A stretch of 63,805 nucleotides of DNA, filler included, from Octopus bimaculoides (Eukaryota), in NCBI RefSeq assembly GCF_001194135.2. It is 8 parts of 7 records of this genome, joined end to end, with 100 filler letters (N's around TTAATTAATTAA, not from the genome) between each part and the next. Parts side by side here need not be neighbours in the genome. Positions count along the whole stretch, not along the records: positions 61,636 to 63,805 come from NC_068991.1; 7 more parts are not named here. One strand, given 5' to 3'. The notes beneath the pieces were generated by a model. The model searched no databases and was not told the origin of the DNA. It saw only the letters and a program-made list of their open reading frames with translations. A program made the translations under genes and the position numbers. Below, piece by piece: positions 63,509 to 63,805 of the stretch (the stretch's first letter is position 1; every line of letters starts with the position of its first letter).

Positions 63509-63733
63509 TAGCTGTATGGTAAGAAGTTTGTTTCCCAACCACATAGTTCCGGGTTCACAGCCACTCCGTAGCATTTTGAGCAAGTGTCTTCTGCTATAGC
63601 CACGGGCCGACAAAACCCTTGTGATTGGATTTGGTAGATGGAAACTAAAAGAATTCGGTCTTGGCATCCGATGTTGTTCTGTTTACGAAGCCGGAACTTA
63701 ACAGTACCCCAGGAGACCCGATAGAATAAGTAC
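63509..63733 (+). mobile_element. SINE family A with internal deletion
   Basis: GCTGTATGGTAAGAAG...GGATTTGGTAGATGGAAAC...GATAGAATAAGTAC. Confidence 0.8.
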
Positions 63734-63805
63734 AACATGAAATGCAAACGATGCACATACGTATATACATAGCTGCAGTGTCTATACACTGTGTACATAT
63801 GTATA

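Overview
Eukaryotic, AT-rich, microsatellite-saturated and heavily gapped DNA. The SINE, RTE and mariner repeat complement looks like an octopus genome (inference from sequence recognition, not a database result). The window is not one locus: seven identical 100-nt spacers (44 N + TTAATTAATTAA + 44 N) join eight scaffolds (1-8500, 8601-14122, 14223-22816, 22917-36253, 36354-46269, 46370-54143, 54244-61535, 61636-63805), so adjacency across spacers is meaningless. I can support no intact host protein-coding gene, rRNA, functional tRNA or CRISPR array; most listed ORFs are microsatellite or N-gap artefacts. Contents: a 6.5-kb array of a 46-bp CpG-rich satellite with an internal strand switch and higher-order blocks; many tRNA-derived SINEs (four families); fragments of RTE and RLE-type (R4/Dong-like) LINEs, mariner remnants and MITEs. 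Highlights: (1) two structurally complete type I hammerhead ribozymes (21946-21990 minus; 31826-31903 plus, with a long stem II and a possible pseudoknot, plus an inverted partner copy), and two degenerate hammerhead-like motifs; (2) a head-to-tail stack of three 5'-truncated copies of one RLE-LINE at CATA-type repeats, suggesting microsatellite-targeted insertion; (3) a TIR element with a TATA (or CTATAG) target duplication and a SAP-domain ORF, inserted cleanly into a SINE; (4) a Dong-like fragment embedded in (TAA)n.
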